Of a stretch of 64,000 bases of DNA, positions 25,641 through 38,582 are shown piece after piece; positions within the stretch are counted from its first letter, which is position 1, and each line of letters begins with the position of its first letter. The stretch lies in the NCBI RefSeq assembly GCF_030144855.1, contig NC_082712.1, forward strand, positions 90,148,001 through 90,212,000. Direction: 5' to 3'. The position numbers and the translations under genes are program-made. This DNA is from Hypanus sabinus. Lineage: Eukaryota. The notes below the pieces were generated by a model, which did no database searches, was not told where the DNA came from, and saw only the letters and a program-made list of their open reading frames with translations.

Positions 25641-26139
25641 CTCTGAACTTTTATGCTGGATATGGGGAACCAGATGTTGTAGAGCAATACTGCACAGTAC
25701 AGGCCCTTTGGCCCATGATGTTCTGCTTACCTTTCAATCTACTTTATGATTAGGTTAATGCTTCCGTTTTGTAGAGAATTCTATTCGTCTCTCATTATGA
25801 ACCTATCTAGGAGTTTCTTTAATGTCCTTACTGTGTCTGCCTCTATGACTACACATGGCAGATCTTTCCGTACCCACTGATTTATGAAAAAAAACCTCTC
25901 TGAGATCCCTATACTTTTTTCTGATCACCGTAAAATTGAGTCCTCTTGTATTAACCATTTCAGCTGGGAATCCGTTCCATGTTTTAATGATTACTCAGCC
26001 TCACCAGTGTCCATTGTTCCAGCACAATAATACTCTGGAAGGCAATGGAAGGCATTAAAGCAAATTGATATTTAAATTGCATATAGATCAGTTAGAAGCA
26101 AGGCCTGTAAGTGGGCAGAAGAACCAGTTAATATGACTT

Positions 26140-26945
26140 TCCACGGTGGTGTGTTGCTCTGTAGTGTTTGGCTTTTTATATTTAGCAAAATATTGTTTTC
26201 CTCTGCAGGGCTTTTCTATTTTAGGGTCGTATGTTGTTTTCTTTGTAACTGGGGAGAGGAATTAAGGAAAGCTTTTTAAAACCACTATTATAAAATGGGC
26301 AGCTCGCGGAGTCTCTCTCTTTTTTACTCTATGGGGATGCATTTCAGCTTTTTTTGCCGAATTTCAGGCTTTTTTGGGGTGGTGGGAGGATTGGGGTTAG
26401 TTTTAATTTATAGGATTAGTTTTGTTACATTATTGGCCAGAAGGGCTATTTTGTTGAAATGGAAAGATGCTTCTGCTCCTACTTTGATACAATGGTTCTC
26501 TCAGGTGACGTTATGTCTTAGTTTGGAGAAAATCAGAAGTCGAACTTTTGATTCTTGATTTGATTTTGAGAAAAGGTGGGGTTCATTCACCCGCTACTAT
26601 CATCTGATTTGAGTTAATTAATATGGTTTCCATGCGATTTTTCTTTAAATGGATTTGAGTTGGCGGATTGATTTTTTTAATGGAGGCTTGTATGATGTAT
26701 AGCTCCCAAAGGGTTTTTTTCTCAGTTTTTTTTTCAGTTAGTAGGGTTTTTTTCCTTCTTTTTCTTTCAAAAAAAAAATTCTTAACACTTTATTTTTTCA
26801 TATTATTATTGATATATTGCTTAGCTTTGTTAATCAGTTATTTGCTAATTTAATTATTTATTGTACATAATGACATATTGCCTTAATGTATCTTTTTTTG
26901 TTGATCTTCAATAATCATAAATAAAAAAGATTTAAAAATGGAAAA
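26140..26945 (+). mobile_element. L1 3' end
   Basis: ARRAILLKWKDASAPTLIQWFSQV C-terminus, T-rich 3' UTR, A-rich tail. Confidence 0.85.
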
Positions 26946-29900
26946 TGGAAGCTATAGTCACGATGAAGGAAGCCCTGAACACCACCAGAGATGAAGGACC
27001 TTCATTGCTGCCAGAAGCACCAGGGGCGTGACTGGCAGTAAGTAATTAAGTCTTATGTTGATCTGGTAATTTGGGTAGCTGATTGCACAATGGAAAGGGA
27101 GCAGAGAATACAGGTCAGTGTCATACTTTAACTGGAGGAAGGGCAATTGATGTAGCAGGCCAAGAGCTGACCTCATAGAAATCTATGACATCATGAGGGG
27201 TATGGATTAGGTGGATAGTCATAGTCTTTTTCCCTAGAGTTGGGAAGGCACAGATACAAGATAAGTTGGGAGAGACCTGAGAAGCAGTTTCTTCACACAA
27301 AGGGTAGTAAGTGCCTGGAAAGAGCTGCCGGAGGTAGTGGTCAAGGCGGGTACAATTGCAGCATTTAAGAGGCATTTGGATAGGTACACAGAGAGGCTTG
27401 GAGAGTTATGGGCCAAAACGAGTCATTGGACTAGCAGAGAGGATGCTGTAGTAGGCATAGATGAGTTGGGCTGAATGGCTTGTTTCTGTGGCTCCAGTGG
27501 AGTGCTCTGAGTCACTGGTTTTATTGTAAATGACACCAATCTTGTTTTGGAAGTAATGTTTCAAATTCTGCAGAATCAGGTTTATTATCACTGGCATATC
27601 TCAGTAAATCTTTTGCTTTGCAGCAGCAATCAGCATTATAAATAAAAAATTACTATAAATTACAATAAGGTTATATAGAAAGAAATTATCATCATCAATT
27701 TTGTGTCATATCATATGATATAGGTGATCATAGTCTTATGACCATGATGGTTTTTGGCAATGTTTTCTACAGAAGTGGTTTGCCATTGTCTTTTTCTGGT
27801 CAGTGTCTTTACAAGATGGGTGACCCCAAACATTATCAACACTCTTCAGATTGTCTCCCTGCGATCAGTGGTCATATAACTAGGACTTATGATGAGCACC
27901 AGCTGCTCGTTTAACCATCCACCACCTGCTCCTATGGCTTCAGGTGGCCCTAATTTTTTGGGGGGGGAGAGTCGCTAAGCGGGTGCTACAAGGGTGACCT
28001 GCAGGCTGGCGGAGGGAAGGAGTGTCTTACACATTCTTTGGTGGAGATGTATCTCCCCCCAGCCACACAAAAATAAGTCATGCCACAAAGTAAGCAAAGT
28101 AGTGAGTTAGTGTTCATGGACCATTCAGAAATTGGAAGGCGGAGGGGAAGAAGCTGTTCTTAATGTCTTAGGGCTCCTGTATCTCCTCCCTGATGCAAGT
28201 AATGAGAAAGCAGGCATGTCCTGGATGGTGAGGGTCCTTCACAATGGATGCTACCTTCTTGAGGCATCGCCGTTTGAGGATGTCCTCGATGGTGAGGAGG
28301 CCAGTGCCCATGATGGAGCTGGCTGAGCTTAGAAACCTGCGAAGCTTTTTCTGATCTTGTGCAGTGATCTCTCTATGGGGATGGTGATGTAAGCAGCTGG
28401 AATCTCCAGCGTACTTGTGTAGAAATTTGTTAGAATTAACCAGAATTAAAATTAGTTTTAACACTTCTGGTACATGTTGTGAAATTTGTTTTTCTGAAGC
28501 AGCAGTGAATTCCAATACATAGTAATGAAAACTGTAAGATACAATGATTATATGCAAAAAAAAAGAAAATTTAATTTACTAAGCAGTGCAAAAAGAAAAA
28601 AAATTCTGAGGTGGCGTTCACGGGTCCATTGTCAATTCAGAAGACTGATGACAGAGGGGAAAAAACTATGACTAAAACGGTGCAAATGCGAGGAAACCTG
28701 CAGATGCTGGAAATTCAAACAACAACACACACAAAATGCTGGTGGAACACAGCAGGCCAGGCAGCGTCTATAGGGAGAAGCACTGTCGATGTTTCGGGCC
28801 GAGACCCTTCATCAGGACTAAAATGGTGAGTGTGTGTCTTCAGGCTCCTCTGCCTCCTCCGTGATGGTATCAGTAAGAAGCGGACATGTCTTGGATGATG
28901 GGGGTCTCTAATAATGGATGCCACCTATTGAAGGAGTCCTCAATGCTGGGGTGGCTCGTGCCCATGATAGCGCTGGCCGAGCTTAGAAAGCTCGTAGCCT
29001 TTTCTGATTTTGTGGATTGGCATCTCCATACCAGACGCTGATTCCAGCAGTCACAAAGCTCCCATGGTACATTTCTAGAAATATGCAAGATATTTTAGCG
29101 ACTTACCATACCTCTTAATGACGTTCATGAAATGTAGCCACTGGCATATTTCAGTTACATAGGCAGAAAGATTATTGAACTGTGTAGGTGTATGCAAGAG
29201 CTGATTTAGTGAAGTTGTGGATGAAAGTGAAGCTCTCGCAGAGACATGTTGTGAGATTAGAGTGATGTCTAAATGGTTAACAGAAAACGCAGAATTAACA
29301 CTTGTTAAAATTTGCAGGTCAGGGAGAATGGAGAGCAGTATATTTAATATCTCAGCTCCCATAAAATAAGCTGAAATATTAACATCATCATTTTTCTGAT
29401 GACATCACGAGTGTTACTGAATATAGAACATAGATCAGTATGAACACATTGATTTTTCTAACCTGGCAATTTCTTTCCCTTCCCCCTTCATTTCTCCTCA
29501 CATGTCCATCACCTACCTCCTGTGTCCCTTCTTCCCTTTCTCCCATGATCCATTCTGCTCTTCTCTCGGATTCCACCTGCTTCAGGCAGTCACCTCTTCC
29601 ACCTGTCCCCTCCCAGTCTCACCTCTCACCTGGCAGCTTGTACTCATTCTCCTCCCACCCACCTTCTTACTCTGGCTTGTACCCTCTTCCCTTCCAGTTC
29701 TGATGAACGGTTTCGACGTGAGGCGTTGACTGTTTCTTCCCCTTCAAAGATGTTGCCTGGCTTGCTGAGTTCCTGCAGCGCACTTTCTGTGTAACATAGC
29801 ATATGAACAGGCCCTTTGGCCCATCATGTGCGTCAAAACTAAAATGAAATCTCTTTTGCCATGAAATCTCATTTCCTTCCAGCTGCTGCACTTTAAAAAG

Positions 29901-30776
29901 CATTGTGTCTGCTTCCACCGTTCTCTGTATAAAAAAACACTTGCCCTGCACACCTCCCTTAAAATCCCCCTCCCCCACCATAAATTTTCCAGTATTTGTC
30001 ACTTGTACGGCGGTGGGGGGAGATTCTGACCGTCTGTATGATTTAAAGTTCCCATAATTTTATAACCTATCAGCTTCTTCTCCTCTGCCATCCGATTTCC
30101 GAATGGACGTTGAACCTATGAACACTACCTCACTTCGGCAGGGCTGGAGAGATAAAAAACTGAGCGCAGAGATAAATCTGCCGATACTGGAAATCTCAGC
30201 AACGCACACAAAGGGCCGGAGGAACTCAGCAGCATCATGGAAAAAGATGTTTCGGGCGGAAACCTCTCGGCAGGGCTGGAGGAAAAACAATATACTGAGC
30301 TCACAAGAGAAACTGCAGACACTGGAAATCCAAAGCTTATAGATGCTGCCTGACCTGCTGAGTTCCTCCAGCAACAACACACACACAAAATGCCGGTGGA
30401 ACACAGCAGGCCAGGCAGCATCTACAGGGAGAAGCGCTGTCGACGTTTCGGGCCGAGACCCTCGCCCAGGAAGGCATCAGCATTTTGTGTGCGTTGTTGT
30501 TTGAATTTCCAGCATCTGCAGATTTCCTCGAGTTCCTCCAGCATTTGGTTTTGCTCAAGCCGCGATGTCGCTTTTTTACAGCCGTCCTGGAGACAGGCTT
30601 CAAGTTGTGTTCGACCGCAGATCTTCCGCAGCTCAATGTCTGGGATGCTATTTTATTGCGCGTTTCTATTTTCCCGACATAAGTTTGTACTTAGTGCTCC
30701 GTTATCCGCAACACGGCAGGAGGAATGGCAGCAAGTATAAAATCGCTGATTGCTTAAAAAAAGAATAAAACCAGGG

Positions 30777-31081
30777 ATTGGCTGTATTCCTTGTCTCTGA
30801 TTGGTCGACTGGAGGTCCGGAAGCCAGAATTTCACGGCACTGAAGGTCTTTTCGCTCAAGACCCATGTGGAAGTCGCATGGTAACTGACACCGGGGTTTG
30901 GGTTCTGGTGAGGGTTTACAGCGGGATGGTCTGGGGCGCTAGGGAGGTTGTTGTGCAGGCGTGGAAACCGACAGGTTAGTTCGTGTGGCTTTATAATTCC
31001 AGTCAAAATCAGGTTTCGGGTTTAATACCCGTAAAACGTGGGACTATGAAGAAAAATACCAGAATGTGCTGGAAACACTTG
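30777..31081 (+). promoter_or_regulatory. Promoter-exon module copy A1 (twin ATTGG boxes, exon 1 donor 30907, exon 31013-31081)
   Basis: ATTGG at 30777 and 30800; CTG|gtgagg; cag acceptor; CTTG|gtgagt; homologous copies at 32990, 35872, 38583. Confidence 0.5.
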
Positions 31082-31769
31082 GTGAGTCGGGTAGTATCTC
31101 TAGAATGAGAGAAACAGAGGGGGAAAGTCCCCGTTGCTCTCCCCTGTAACATATATGTTCTTATAGGTCGTGTATGTCTGTGACCTTCAGATTCATTTCC
31201 ACTGAGTGTGTTTATTCTGAACTTTGAAGATGTCCTTAATTGGGGGGGTGGGCGGTGTGAAAGGATACCCTCCAAGTCATCACTCACCTACAGATGTAAT
31301 CTCTGCCCAGCATCCTCTAACAATCAAACTCCAGGTTTATTCTTACTGAGCTGTGAACCAGAATTCATTGTTCTGTGGCAGCAGTCAGTGCAAAGACGTA
31401 AAATTACTATAAATTTCAGAGATTACTGCTAAAGAGAAATACCGACGTAGTTTTCATGGACTGTTCGGAAATCTGATGGCAGAGGGGCAGAAGATATTCT
31501 TAAAACATCGAGTGAGGGTCTTAAAGCTCTTGTACTACTCCCGCAATGGTAGATGCGTGAAAAGCACGTGTCCCGGATAGTGAAGGCCCTTAATTATAGA
31601 TTATGCCTTCTTGAGTGTGTCCTTGATGGGAGGAGTCTTAAGCCCATGTTGGAACTGGTTGAGTCTACAGCCCTCTGCAACTTTTTACAGTCCTGTGCAC
31701 CAGGAATCCCATACCATGTGCTGATGGAAGCAGACAGAATGCTCTCCACTACACAGTTATAGAAGGTTA

Positions 31770-32310
31770 TAGAATGACCTGTTATTATATATTTCTAACC
31801 CAAAGAAATCCATTCCTGCAGTAATAATACTACTTGCTCAGTTTAGAAGTTTTTCTGGTTATAAATTGAATCTTGATGAGTGTGATTTTCCTATTAAATA
31901 TGCAAGTTCCAATTTATAGACAATCACCATTTAGATTGGTTACTGATTATTTTACTTATTTGGGGGTTAAAATTACTAAGAAGTATAAGGATCTATTTAA
32001 AGTTAATTTTCTACCTTTAATTGATCATGTTAAACAGCTGTTTACTAAATGGTCCCCACTGTCCTTAACTTTGATTGGTAGAATTAATGCTATTAAGATG
32101 TTTATTTTACCTAAAATTCTGTATCTATTTCAGGCAGTATCAATTTGTATTCCTAAATCTTTTTTTTATATTATTGATTCTAAAATTTCTTCATATATAT
32201 GGCAGTATAGAAATCCCAGGGTAAGTAAGAAATATTTACAGAAATCAAAAAAGGAAGGTGTTTTGGCTTTGCCAAATCTTAGATTTTATTATTGGGCAAT
32301 TAATATTCGA
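31770..32310 (+). mobile_element. L1 ORF2 RT fragment (duplicated at 37365-37903)
   Basis: FTYLGVKITKKYKDLFKVNFLPLIDHVKQLFTKWSPLSLTLIGRINAIKMFILPK. Confidence 0.9.
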
Positions 32311-32312
32311 TA

Positions 32313-32940
32313 CAGGCAGTCCCCGGGTTACATACGAGTTCTGTTCCTGAGTCCGTCTTTAAGTCGGATTTGTGCGTAAGTCAGAACAAATACATCTGGT
32401 ATTATTTAGCGTCAGTTACTCAAACATTTGTCTTAGTATATAGTACAGTATATATTTTACCTTTCTATTCATATAAAACACTTAAGAAACATATGTATTC
32501 CAATAATTAAACCACTGTGTTGCTTAGTAATAATTGAGGCTTTCATCGGGGCAGGGCCTTTCACATGCTTCATTATTCTCACTTTATCCTTTATCCTTTA
32601 AAATTATTCCAATCGTTGACTGTCTGTAGCCTAATGCTTTTCTAATGACTGATGGCGTTTCACCTCTTTCCAAACACTTTTTTTATTTCCACTTTATTTT
32701 CAATCGTGATCGCTACCCATCAACGGAACAGAAACACTGTGGGCTGTGGGTCCTGAGGTCTGCTGGGTCCTAAGGACCACCACACTGATACTGGCTAAAT
32801 GGGAGAAATGGGGGCTGTGCTGGGTTTGGGTATTTGATCCTCCACAATATTCCGCATGGGAATTTAAACTGGAGCTGGCAGTGTTTTCCTTACGATGCCG
32901 AGTTGCGAGCTCGACCATTAACCCGGCACGGGAGCCCGAT
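32313..32940 (-). mobile_element. Truncated Tigger/pogo-like MITE (duplicated at 37906-38533)
   Basis: TA-CAGGCAGTCCCCGGGTTAC terminus; reverse-complement match to 61800-62471. Confidence 0.85.
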
Positions 32941-32989
32941 TGGGTACTTCGAGCATTCCAGCATTGTGTGCGTACTCTGTAAGACCCGG

Positions 32990-33502
32990 ATTGGCTGGAT
33001 TCCTTGTCTCTGATTGGTCGACTGGAAGTCCAGAAGCCAGAATTTCGCGGCACTGAAGGTCTTTTCGCCTAAGGCCCACGTGATAGTCATATGCTCCATC
33101 CATGGTATCTGACACCGGGGTTTGGGTTCTGGTGAGGGTTTACAGCGGGATGGTCTGGGGCGCTAGGGAGGTTGTTGTGCAGGCGTGGAAACCGACAGGT
33201 TAGTTCGTGTGGCTTTATAATTCCAGTCAAAATCAGGTTTCGGGTTTAACAGCCGTAAAATGTGAGACTATGAAGAAAAATATCAGAATGTGCTGGAAAC
33301 ACTTGGTGGGTCGGGTAGTATCTCTAGAATGAGAGAAACAGAGGGGGAAAGTCCCTGTTGCTCTCTCCCGTAACTTTCTTCCATTGTACCTGGCAAGGGC
33401 GAAGCGATGTAACGGTTTCAAAACCTCCTTGTAATGTAGAAATACTCTGGGGTAGCACTGTCACCATTCCTGAGTTCAGTAGCCCAAACGATCTTCTCCG
33501 CA
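32990..33502 (+). pseudogene. Promoter-exon module copy B1 with putative exons 33237-33305 and 33398-33502
   Basis: ATTGG x2, TTTCGCGG, GT-AG bounded 69-nt and 105-nt phase-1 exons; ATG at 33260 followed directly by TGA. Confidence 0.4.
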
Positions 33503-34404
33503 GTGAGCTCAGACGAGAAGTGTTCAAAATCAGTTTATCTATCACTGGCTATAATGGCCGGTGATAAATATTTGATGTATCACGCCATGTCGGGTATGGT
33601 GAGGTGCTTGGGTGATGGGTACTGCATGTGCAGGAAAGCTTCAGCCAGCAGAGTCCTGAACCCACGTGGATAATGCCACTCACCTCAGTTCCACAACCTA
33701 GGGAACTCCACAACTTGTATTCTTAGTATGTTATTTACTTACTTATCATTATATTATATTGGCAAAGATTGTCTTCTTTTGCACATTAGTTGTCAGTCTT
33801 TGTGTGTGTGGATTTTCATTGATTCCACTGTATCTGCTTGTTCTGTCAATGCCTGCAAGAAAATGAATCTCAGGGTAGTATAGCATATGGTGACATATAT
33901 GTTCTTATAGGTCGTGTATGTCTGTGACCTTGAGATTCATTTACCCTGAGTGTGTTTATTCTGAACTTTGAAGATGTCCTTAATTTGGGGGGGGGGGCGG
34001 TGTGAAAGGATACCCTCCAAGTCATCACTCACCTACAGATGTAATCTCTGCCCAGCATCCTCTAGCATCCTCATCCTTTCTTCCCCTTCAAAGATGTTGC
34101 CTGGCTTGCTGAGTTCCTGCAGCGCACTTTCTGTGTAACATAGCATATGAACAGGCCCTTTGGCCCATCATGTGCGTCAAAACTAAAATGAAATCTCTTT
34201 TGCCATGAAATCTCATTTCCCTCCAGCTGCTGCACTTTAAAAACCACTGAGTCTGCTTCCACCGTCCTCTGTATAAAAAAAACACTTGCCCTGCAGATCT
34301 CCCTTAAAATCACCCTCCCCTACCATAAATTTTCCAGTATTTGTCATTTGTATGGGGGTGGGGGGGAAATTCTGATCGTCTATATGATAAAGTTCGCATA
34401 ATTT

Positions 34405-34621
34405 TGATGCACCATCAATAACTCTCTCTGCGACGTGAAGGCGAGATATCGGCTTTTATTGACTGGAAGAAGGGACAAGCAGTGGGTGACCATCATACTA
34501 CTTCCTGGAGACTGAGATGCCGGACTCAGGCCCCAATCGCCTTTATACAGGGGCCTGTGGTAGGAGCCACAGGAGCAGTCAGCGGGGGGCGTGTCCAGAC
34601 AGGTATACGTAGTTCAACACA
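34405..34621. mobile_element. 217-bp solo LTR
   Basis: TG...CA ends, 5-bp TSD AATTT (34400-34404, 34622-34626); empty site in the paralogous copy at 30056-30060. Confidence 0.9.
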
Positions 34622-35871
34622 AATTTTATAACCTCTCAGCTTCTCCTCTGCCATCTGATTTCCGAATGGAGGTTGAACCCATGAACACTACCTCAATACT
34701 TTATTTATTCCTATTTTTGTTTTACTTTTTGAACTTAGTTATTTAATATAGATACTCAAAGTAACTCAGTTTTTTTTCTTCTCTATTGTTATGTACTGCA
34801 TTGTACCGCTGACACAAAGTTAACATTTTTCACGTTTATGCGCCGGTAATATTAAACCTATCATCCAATGTCCCTGCAGAGAAAACCCAGATTTGCTCAA
34901 CCTCTCCTGATAGTTATACCCTCTTAAACCAGGAATCTCTATCTATTGGTTTCCAGAGAGCGTGCCATCTGAATGCATCACAGCTACGTGTCCTGATGAA
35001 CGGTCTCGGCCCAAAACGTCGACTATTTATTTATTCCTTTTCAAAGATGTTGCCGGACCTGCTGAGCTCCTCCAGCATTTTGCGTGTGTTGCTTTGCATT
35101 TCCAGCATCTGCAGATTTCCACGTGTTAGGTGTTATTGTGATTTTTACACATTTTCTTTACCGATCGCAAGGACACTGCTGGACATTAACAACTTAAAGT
35201 GTATCACATCAGCGAGTTGCTCGTTGGCGGAAATAAAAAGGAAGGAGCTGGACTTAGGCGGCCGCCTGCGACCGACACGCGTCGGAGGAATCGCACCGGA
35301 GGAGGCCTGCAGTCTTACAACGAGCGACCGTCTTAGTTGCTTTTCTTGTGATCGCAAGACTCTGCTGACACTTTTAATTTAGATCCTGCCAGTCCGATTC
35401 ACTGATATCGGCGGGGCAAGATGCATGCTCTCGGTCGTAGCGAGCACCAGGCCTCAGAGCGCAGAGAAAATCTCCCGAGACTGGAAATATCACAAAGTGC
35501 AGGTGGAACTCAGCAGCTTCACGGAAAGTTGACGTTTCGGGCGGAAACCCCTCGGCAGGGCTGCAGGGGAAAAATAAACTGAGCTCACATGAAAAACTGG
35601 AAATCCAAAGCGAATAGATGCCGAGTTTCTCCAGCATTTTGTTTTGCTCAAGTCGCGGTGTCGCTTTTTTACAGCCGTCCGGGAGACAGGCTTCAGATTG
35701 TGTTCGACCGCAGATCTTCCGCAGCTCAATGTCTGGGATGCTATTTTATTGCGCGTTTCTATTTTACCGACATAAGTTTGTACTTTGTGCTCCGTTATCC
35801 GCAACACGGCAGGAGGAATAGCAGCAAGTATAAAATCGCTGATTGCTTAAAAAAAGACGAATAAAACCTGG

Positions 35872-36350
35872 ATTGGCTGTATTCCTTGTCTCTGATTGAT
35901 CGACTGGAGGTCCGGAAGCCAGAATTTCGCGGCACCGAAGGTCTTTTCGCCCAAGACCCATGTGGAAGTCGCATGGTAACTGAGAATGGGGTTTGGGTCC
36001 TGGTAAGGTCTGGGGCGCTAGGGAGTTTGTTGTGCAGGCGTGGAAACCGACAGGTTAGATCGTGTGGCTTGATAATTATAATAGTCAAAATCAGATTTCG
36101 GGTTTAATAGCCGTAAAATGTGGAACTATGAAGAAAAATACAAGAATGTGCTGGTGGGTCGGGTAGTATCTCTAGAATGAGAGAAACAGAGGGTGAAAGT
36201 CCCTGTTGCTCACTCCCGTAACTTTCTTCCATTGTACCTGGCAAGGGCGAAGCGATGTAACGGTTTCAAAACCTCCTTGTAACGTAGAAATACTCTGGGG
36301 TAGCACTGTTACCATCCCTGAGCTCAGTAGCCCAAACGATCTTCTCCGCG
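35872..36350 (+). pseudogene. Promoter-exon module copy A2
   Basis: CTG|gtaagg donor at 36002; exon 36095-36153 with ATG 36118 and a 10-nt deletion; exon 36246-36350. Confidence 0.4.
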
Positions 36351-38582
36351 GTGAGCTCAGACGAGAAGTGTTCAAAATCAGTTTATCTATCACTGGCGAT
36401 AATGGCCGGTGATAAATATTTGATGTATCACGCCATGTCGGGTGTGGTGAGGTGCTTGGGTGATGGGTACTGCATGTGCAGGAAAGCTTCAGCCAGCAGA
36501 GTCCTGAACCCACGTGGATAATGCCACTCATCTCAGTTCCACAACCTAGGGAACTCCACAACTTGTATTCTTAGTATGTTATGTACTTACTTATCATTAT
36601 ATTATATTGGCAAAGATTGTCTTCTTTTGCACATTAGTTGTCAGTCTTTGTGTGTGTGGATTTTCATTGATTCCACTGTATCTGCTTGTTCTGTGAATGC
36701 CTGCAAGAAAATGAATCTCAGGGTAGTATAGCATATGGTGACATATATGTTCTTATAGGTCGTGTATGTCTGTGACCTTGAGATTCATTTCCTCTGAGTG
36801 TGTTTATTCTGAACTTTGAAGATGTCCTTAATTGGGGGGGTGGGCGGTGTGAAAGGATACCCTCCAAGTCATCACTCACCTACAGATGTAATCTCTGCCC
36901 AGCATCCTCTAACAATCAAACTCCAGGTTTATTCTTACTGAGCTGTGAACCAGAATTCATTGTTCTGTGGCAGCAGTCAGTGCAAAGACGTAAAATTACT
37001 ATAAATTTCAGAGATTACTGCTAAAGAGAAATACCGACGTAGTTTTCATGGACTGTTCGGAAATCTGATGGCAGAGGGGCAGAAGATATTCTTAAAACAT
37101 CGAGTGAGGGTCTTAAAGCTCTTGTACTACTCCCGCAATGGTAGATGCGTGAAAAGCACGTGTCCCGGATAGTGAAGGCCCTTAATTATAGATTATGCCT
37201 TCTTGAGTGTGTCCTTGATGGGAGGAGTCTTAAGCCCATGTTGGAACTGGTTGAGTCTACAGCCCTCTGCAACTTTTTACAGTCCTGTGCACCAGGAATC
37301 CCATACCATGTGCTGATGGAAGCAGACAGAATGCTCTCCACTACCCATTTATAGAAGGTTATAGAATGACCTGTTATTATATATTTCTAACCCAAAGAAA
37401 TCCATTCCTGCAGTAATAATACTACTTGCTCAGTTTAGAAGTTTTTCTGGTTATAAATTGAATCTTGATGAGTGTGATTTTCCTATTAAATATGCAAGTT
37501 CCAATTTATAGACAATCACTATTTAGATTGGTTACTGATTATTTTACTTATTTGGGGGTTAAAATTACTAAGAAGTGTAAGGATCTATTTAAAGTTAATT
37601 TTTTACCTTTAATTGATCATGTTAAACAACTGTTTACTAAATGGTCTCCTCTGTCCTTATCTTTGATTGGTAGAATTAATGCTATTAAGATGTTTATTTT
37701 ACCTAAATTTCTGTATCTATTTCAGGCAGTATCAATTTATATTCCTAAATCTTTTTTTTTATATTATTGATTCTAAAATTTCTTCATATATATGGCAGTA
37801 TAGAAATCCCAGGGTAAGTAAGAAATATTTACAGAAATCAAAAAAGGAAGGTGTTTTGGCTTTGCCAAATCTTAGATTTTATTATTGGGCAATTAATATT
37901 TGATACAGGCAGTCCCCGGGTTACGTACGAGTTCTGTTCCTGAGTCCGTCTTTAAGTCGGATTTGTGCGTAAGTCGGAACAAATACATCTGGTATTATTT
38001 AGCATCAGTTACTCAAACATTTGTCTTAGTATATAGTACAGTATATATTTTACCTTTCTATTCATATAAAACACTTAAGAAACATATGTATTCCAATAAT
38101 TAAACCATTGTTTTGCTTAGTAATAATTGAGGCTTTCATCGGGGCAGGGCCTTTCACATGCTTCATTATTCTCACTTTATCCTTTATCCTTTAAAATTAT
38201 TCCAATCGTTGACTGTCTGTAGCCTAACGCTTTTCTAATGACTGATGGCGTTTCACCTCTTTCCAAACACTTTTTTTATTTCCACTTTATTTTCAATCGT
38301 GATCGCTACCCATCAACGGAACAGAAACACTGTGGGCTGTGGGTCCTGAGGTCTGCTGGGTCCTAAGGACCACCACACTGATACTGGCTAAATGGGAGAA
38401 ATGGGGGCTGTGCTGGGTTTGGGTATTTGATCCTCCACAATATTCCGCATGGGAATTTAAACTGGAGCTGGCAGTGTTTTCCTTACGATGCCGAGTTGCG
38501 AGCTCGACCATCAACCCGGCACGGGAGCCCGATTGGGTACTTCGAGCATTCCAGCATTGTGTGCGTACTCTGTAAGACCCGG

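Noticed and set aside
30975-31012. CAG|GTTAGT donor giving MVTDTGVWVLVRVYSGMVWGAREVVVQAWKPT as a leader
   Set aside because: Would need a 38-nt intron, too short for a vertebrate; the upstream GTRAGG donor is more plausible
31285-31325. Minus-strand EDAG..DYIC Ig-like motif and GTGAGT donor
   Set aside because: Needs a 4-nt deletion and the upstream frame is closed
33330-33680. Minus-strand frame LAEAFLHMQYP...FEHFSSELTAEKIVWATELR
   Set aside because: Three stops and shares register with the plus-strand putative exon, so likely an antisense shadow; no family recognised
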